Source of the DNA: Camelus ferus
Taxonomy: Eukaryota
DNA: 64,000 bases
Assembly: GCF_009834535.1 (NCBI RefSeq)
Contig: NC_045697.1
Coordinates: forward strand, 117,306,001 to 117,370,000
Direction: 5' to 3'
Shown piece after piece: positions 59,713 to 64,000 of the stretch (position 1 is the first letter of the stretch; each line of letters starts with the position of its first letter). A program made the position numbers and the translations under genes. Below the pieces are notes generated by a model, which was given only the letters and a program-made list of their open reading frames with translations, did not search any database and was not told the origin of the DNA.

Positions 59713-60274
59713 TGTGTACACACACACAGACACAAGACACCCCCGTGACAGTCACAGCAGAGATATTCATGCTTTAATAAGCAGTCTTAATGAGAAACAG
59801 CCCTGAAGACAACCTCCTTGCCAAAATTAGGTCTTCTCTTTGTCTTCTCTGCATTGGAATAATGGATCATTAAACTGTACTAATTATCTACCTCCGCTCT
59901 CAAAATAAAAGCAATCTCTTAGCATGTGGGCTCCTCATAGTAAACAGGCAGGTATGACACGAAAGAAACACAATGAAAAAGAACTGGGTAAACATGTCCA
60001 GAAAAATGGATCTCCAATATTAAGGATTTTCATGATTATTCTATACATGTCCAGTTAAATTTCATTGGAGAATGCAACCCAATCTTGACCTATTTTGTAA
60101 GCCTATCCCAAACTGCCAGTTTATCAGAATGGATTTCATTGAATAAGTCCCTAATCTCATTCCATCCCAGAGCTATTTCTTTCATCTGTGCATCTCAAAC
60201 TGGAAGGTAATTGCATTTTCAACCTCTACTAATTTATATTTCACTTAATGGTCATTTTTCACAAAGATAAAGAT

Positions 60275-60949
60275 TAGTTACTAGAGAAGGTGTGGAGAAA
60301 AGGGAACCCTCCAAAACTTTTGTTCAGAACGTAATTCAGTGCAGTCACTGAGGAGAACAGTATGGAGATTACTCAAAAAACTTAAAATAGACTTACCATA
60401 TGATCCAGCCATCCCACTCCTGGGCAAATATCCAGAGGGAACCTTAATTCAAAAGATACATGCACCCCAAAGTCAATAGCAGCACTATTTACAGTAGCCA
60501 AGACATGGAAACAACCTAAATGTCCATTGACAGATGACTGGATAAAGAAGCTGTGGTATATTTATATGATGGAATACTACTCAGCCATCAAAAAGAATAA
60601 AATAATGCTATATGCAGCAACAGGGGTGGATCTAGAGATTATCATACTAAGTGAAGTAAGTCAGACAGAGAAAAAGACAAATATCATATGATATCACTTA
60701 TGTGTAGAATTTAAAAAATAATTCAAACTAACTTATTTGCAAAACAGAAACAGAGTCACAGACATAGAAAACAGACTTACAGTTACCGTTGGAGGGGAGG
60801 GGGAGGAAAGGGATAAACTAGGAGTTTTCAGATTTATAGGATTTGAGGTCCTACTGTTATAGCTCAAATAACTACATTCAGTATCTTGTAATAACCTATA
60901 ATGGAAAAAAACATGAAAAAGAATTATATATATATAATTATGTATATAT

Positions 60950-60990
<41 letters not shown>

Positions 60991-61061
60991 AAACTGAATC
61001 ACTATGCTGTACACCTGAAAGCAACACAACATTTTAAATCACCTATACTTCAATTAAAAAA
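60275..61061 (+). mobile_element. 5'-truncated L1 (about 790 bp) with internal (CA)n at about 60952-60986
   Basis: 'gtggagaaaagggaaccctcc', 'atgatccagccatcccactcctggg', 'ctaagtgaagtaagtcagacagag', a G-rich tract, and a 'tatacttcaattaaaaa' end. Confidence 0.95.
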
Positions 61062-61900
61062 TGATACACATCTGCTAGAATTTCCTGAGTGATATCATAT
61101 ATGTGTAGAAATTGGGAGAGCTACGGTGAGGCAGAGGGACAGAAAGCTATCCTAGGCTTACCCTTCAGCTAAAGAAGATGCTCCAGTGAAGTACCCAACA
61201 GGGATCTGAATCCAAATTTACACCTTGGCAAAATTATAAGTATCTTCATGGCACACTCCTTCATAGTCTTCCAATTATTGGTTGAAAACAAAATATTAAT
61301 CTGAAAAACAAAGTTCTACTGACTTTTTGTAGCTAGATCTTTTTAAACTAGAGAATGACTTGGAAGAAAGGCTCTAATCTTCATGTCTGGGTAACACTGG
61401 CTTTATTTAGCCTTTAATGTGTCAAGAACACCCATGCATCCACATTGATTCTTCTGCAATGAGTTTTTCTGCCTTACTCAGGGCCCACTGTCTGCTCCTC
61501 TCCATGATGTGAACCCATCCATCCACCTGCTCATATTTTCAGACTAAGTATGTAGCCTGTGTACATAATTACTTTACAAGACAAATATTTACAGACCAAA
61601 TCAGGTGAATATAAACTCCCTGACCTAACTCATTCATCTACTCTGACCTCTAAACCCAACTGGAAGATAGAATTCCTGGGAATATGCTGGTGTAATCTAG
61701 GCAAGAAGGATCCTGGAAAACAAATCTAGAGAGACAAACAGACTGTCCAGTGCAATATGTAAACTTTGCCCATGAACTTGATCAGGATTTGACATAAAAC
61801 AAACAAGAATGATAAAATTTTACCAGATAGTTTTAAATCTGCCAATGTAGATTGAGACATTTTGAGCATAAGACCTAGATTGATTTCTTTCTTTACAGTA

Positions 61901-62030
61901 AAAATATAAAATAAAATAAAATAAAATAAAATAAAATAAAATAAAATAAAATAAATAAAATAAAATAAAATAAAGTAAATAAAATAAAATAAAATAAAAT
62001 AAAATAAAATAAAATAAAATAAAATAAATA
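61901..62030. repeat. (AAAAT)n pentanucleotide repeat
   Basis: Direct reading. Confidence 0.97.
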
Positions 62031-62498
62031 TAATTTTAGGAGTTGATCTGCATCTCAGAAAAAAGTTTTTTGGTGGAAAACAATTAGGATACTCTGTATT
62101 CATTCCAAAGATGTCTCAATAAATGAGGACAATCTGTGGGGCCACAGTTTTTATTTTTGGGTCCTGGTAATTCAATTCCACATTTTCAGTCTTGGCTTCT
62201 TGTGTAAATTTGTCATTATTGTTATCATTATTACTTTAGTTCAATCACGATTTGTCACCTAAAACTGAGCACTTGTAGTAAATCTAGGGAAATTAAAGCT
62301 CAGAAAGGAAAAGTGAGTAGACTTTGGGTGAGCCACTTATGTCAATGGGAATCATTAAATAATTCCTCCTAGCATCTTTTTTCTCAGTTAGATTCAAAAC
62401 TGAAAAACTTGTCCTATTATTACGACACAGTCATTTGCAATAATATGCTACTTTTTATTTGCTGCCCAAATTGGTGTGGAGTAATGAAAATATGACGG

Positions 62499-62969
62499 TG
62501 AGAGGGAACAGGAAAAGCCACCCCAGAATGGGCCAATTTGGTACTTGGAGATTTCAAGCTGAAGACAGTGAGGGCCCAGCAGACCCAGGAGCAGCTTTTA
62601 CCTCCTCCTTAACTGCCTGAAAGAATTAAGACAGGGGTCTGTACCAGGAAGACAGCTGTTACCAGAGACAACTTTTGCAGCAGAAAGACTTCCCTGCATG
62701 GCAGGACAAACATCTGCTTACCCAACATTTGCTCTCCCCACCTTCCTGTGAATTTTCCTCCTCCCCTTTGAAGACACAGACCCCTGCCTCCTTAGCAAAT
62801 GACGTACAAGTTGTTAATTACCTGACAGCCAGGTAGTCTCATGCTTTTAATGGGAATACTGAACATACAACGTTTGTTTTTCTCCTGTTAATCTGACTTA
62901 TGTCTGCTCAATTATTAGACCAGCCAAAGAATCCAGGAGAGAAGAAAGGAAAGGTTTTCCACCTCTACA
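62499..62969 (+). mobile_element. ERV1 solo LTR, MER34-like
   Basis: TG...CA termini and TSD ACGG/AAGG. Contains 'gccaccccagaat', 'ctcccctttgaag' and 'ttttctcctgttaatctg...ttttccacctctaca'. Confidence 0.85.
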
Positions 62970-63353
62970 AAGGGAAATGGTGATGTACAGCTAGTAGTTA
63001 TTAATATGAACAGCCACCTTTAAGTAATTCTAAAGGAGTGCTTCACAGCTCCTCCTCATTTTCTTGGTTAACACACTCACTAGACCTAACCTGCTGGAAT
63101 ATCAGATGGTTAACATTTATTAAACGTGAGTTCCTGAGTCTGGGTTTCACTACATGCTATGCACTTCCACTGATCATAACTAAAGACTTTGAACAAAATG
63201 CAAAAACAGCTCCCTGGAGACACTAAAGGAAAACAAAAGCAAGCAGATTACGCAAAGGTGTAAAAATTCAAGAAACAACCTGCATGCAGGTGAGCTTCCC
63301 AGTGATCTTTTATCTGGTGGGAATTTGCCCCAAGTGCAGGGTTTGTGTGCCTT

Positions 63354-63399
63354 TGTGTGTGTGTGTGTCTGTGTGAGTGTGTGTGTCTGTATCTGTGTA
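63354..63399. repeat. Degenerate (TG)n microsatellite
   Basis: Direct reading. Confidence 0.9.
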
Positions 63400-63409
63400 T
63401 ATTAGTATG

Positions 63410-63920
63410 TTTGTGAGACTAGTTGCAGAACAGTATTGATGCCTGGGTGATCAAGCTTCAGGAGAAACCCAGGCTTTTTGTGAAACAAAGGAGACAAAAG
63501 GAGCCTTGCAGCTGCAGAATGGAGGTGGATTCCTTTAGAGGAAAGAGCTGGTGAAGGAGGATCCCTGAATTCTGTGTATGCAGCCACAAAAATCTCAGAT
63601 TAACCCCAAACTAGTCACATGCAGGACAGATCCACATCAGCATAGCGGATGCTTAGAGAACTGAGCTAAAATTTGAACCACCGTCTGTAGAAGGCGAGTT
63701 AGAATTTATGATCTCATGTAACCAGTTCGATTTTCGGTTAATACAAACCTCAACATTTTCCAGGGGAGCATTACAGAGAATACACCACATAACAATGTCC
63801 AGATACAATTCAAAATTGTTCAGTGTACAAAGAACTAGGGAAATGCAACAAATTCTCACGGAAAAATATGATCAATAAACACTGGCCTGGAAATGACCGT
63901 GATGTTGGAACCACCACATA
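63410..63920 (+). mobile_element. Old L1 5' region (pre-ORF1) remnant
   Basis: 'acaatgtccagatacaattcaaaatt...aaagaactagggaaat...gaaatgaccgtgatgttggaa' resembles the L1M 5'/ORF1-start region. Confidence 0.55.
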
Positions 63921-63921
63921 C

Positions 63922-64000
63922 TTTTTTTTTTTGTCTTGTTCTTTTCTATTTGTTTGTTTGGGGAGGGAGTAATTAAGGTTTTGTTTGTTTCTTTGTTCAT
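63922..64000 (-). mobile_element. 3' tail of a vic-1-like SINE running off the window
   Basis: T-tract plus 'ggggagggagtaattaagg', the same tail motif as at 35422 and 38951. Confidence 0.7.

Noticed and set aside
61726..62103. 125-aa ORF with ILFYF repeats
   Set aside because: Translation of (ATTTT)n.
1..64000. CRISPR array, operon or other prokaryotic system
   Set aside because: The sequence is mammalian (L1, L2, MIR, MaLR). There are no regularly spaced repeat-spacer units and no dense coding structure.

Overview
This window is AT-rich eutherian genomic DNA, most likely camelid (alpaca, vicuna, llama or camel). The evidence is nine copies of a tRNA-Ala(AGC)-derived SINE of the vic-1 type and many cetartiodactyl-style L1 3' ends. 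I can support no protein-coding gene, tRNA, rRNA, snoRNA or CRISPR array. The supplied ORFs that I could trace are antisense or shadow frames of repeats, low-complexity translations or chance frames. L1 copies lie on both strands in similar numbers, which fits intergenic or gene-desert DNA. The window is a layered fossil record of young and old L1s, HAL1, L2, MIR, MaLR/ERVL/ERV1 solo LTRs, Tigger MITEs and microsatellites, several of them nested with visible target-site duplications (TSDs). These alternate with repeat-free, motif-rich blocks that look like cis-regulatory DNA. The best leads are: a MER41-like LTR carrying a STAT/GAS motif; a perfect RFX X-box flanked by MYB-type sites; an orphan CpG cluster; a nuclear-receptor palindrome/ETS cluster; several plus-strand exon-like modules that may belong to a spliced lncRNA; clustered 5' truncation points in very short L1 insertions; and a template-switch hairpin. 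I found no convincing new biological system. Repeat family names come from recalled consensus features and need RepeatMasker/Dfam confirmation. Boundaries without TSDs are approximate.
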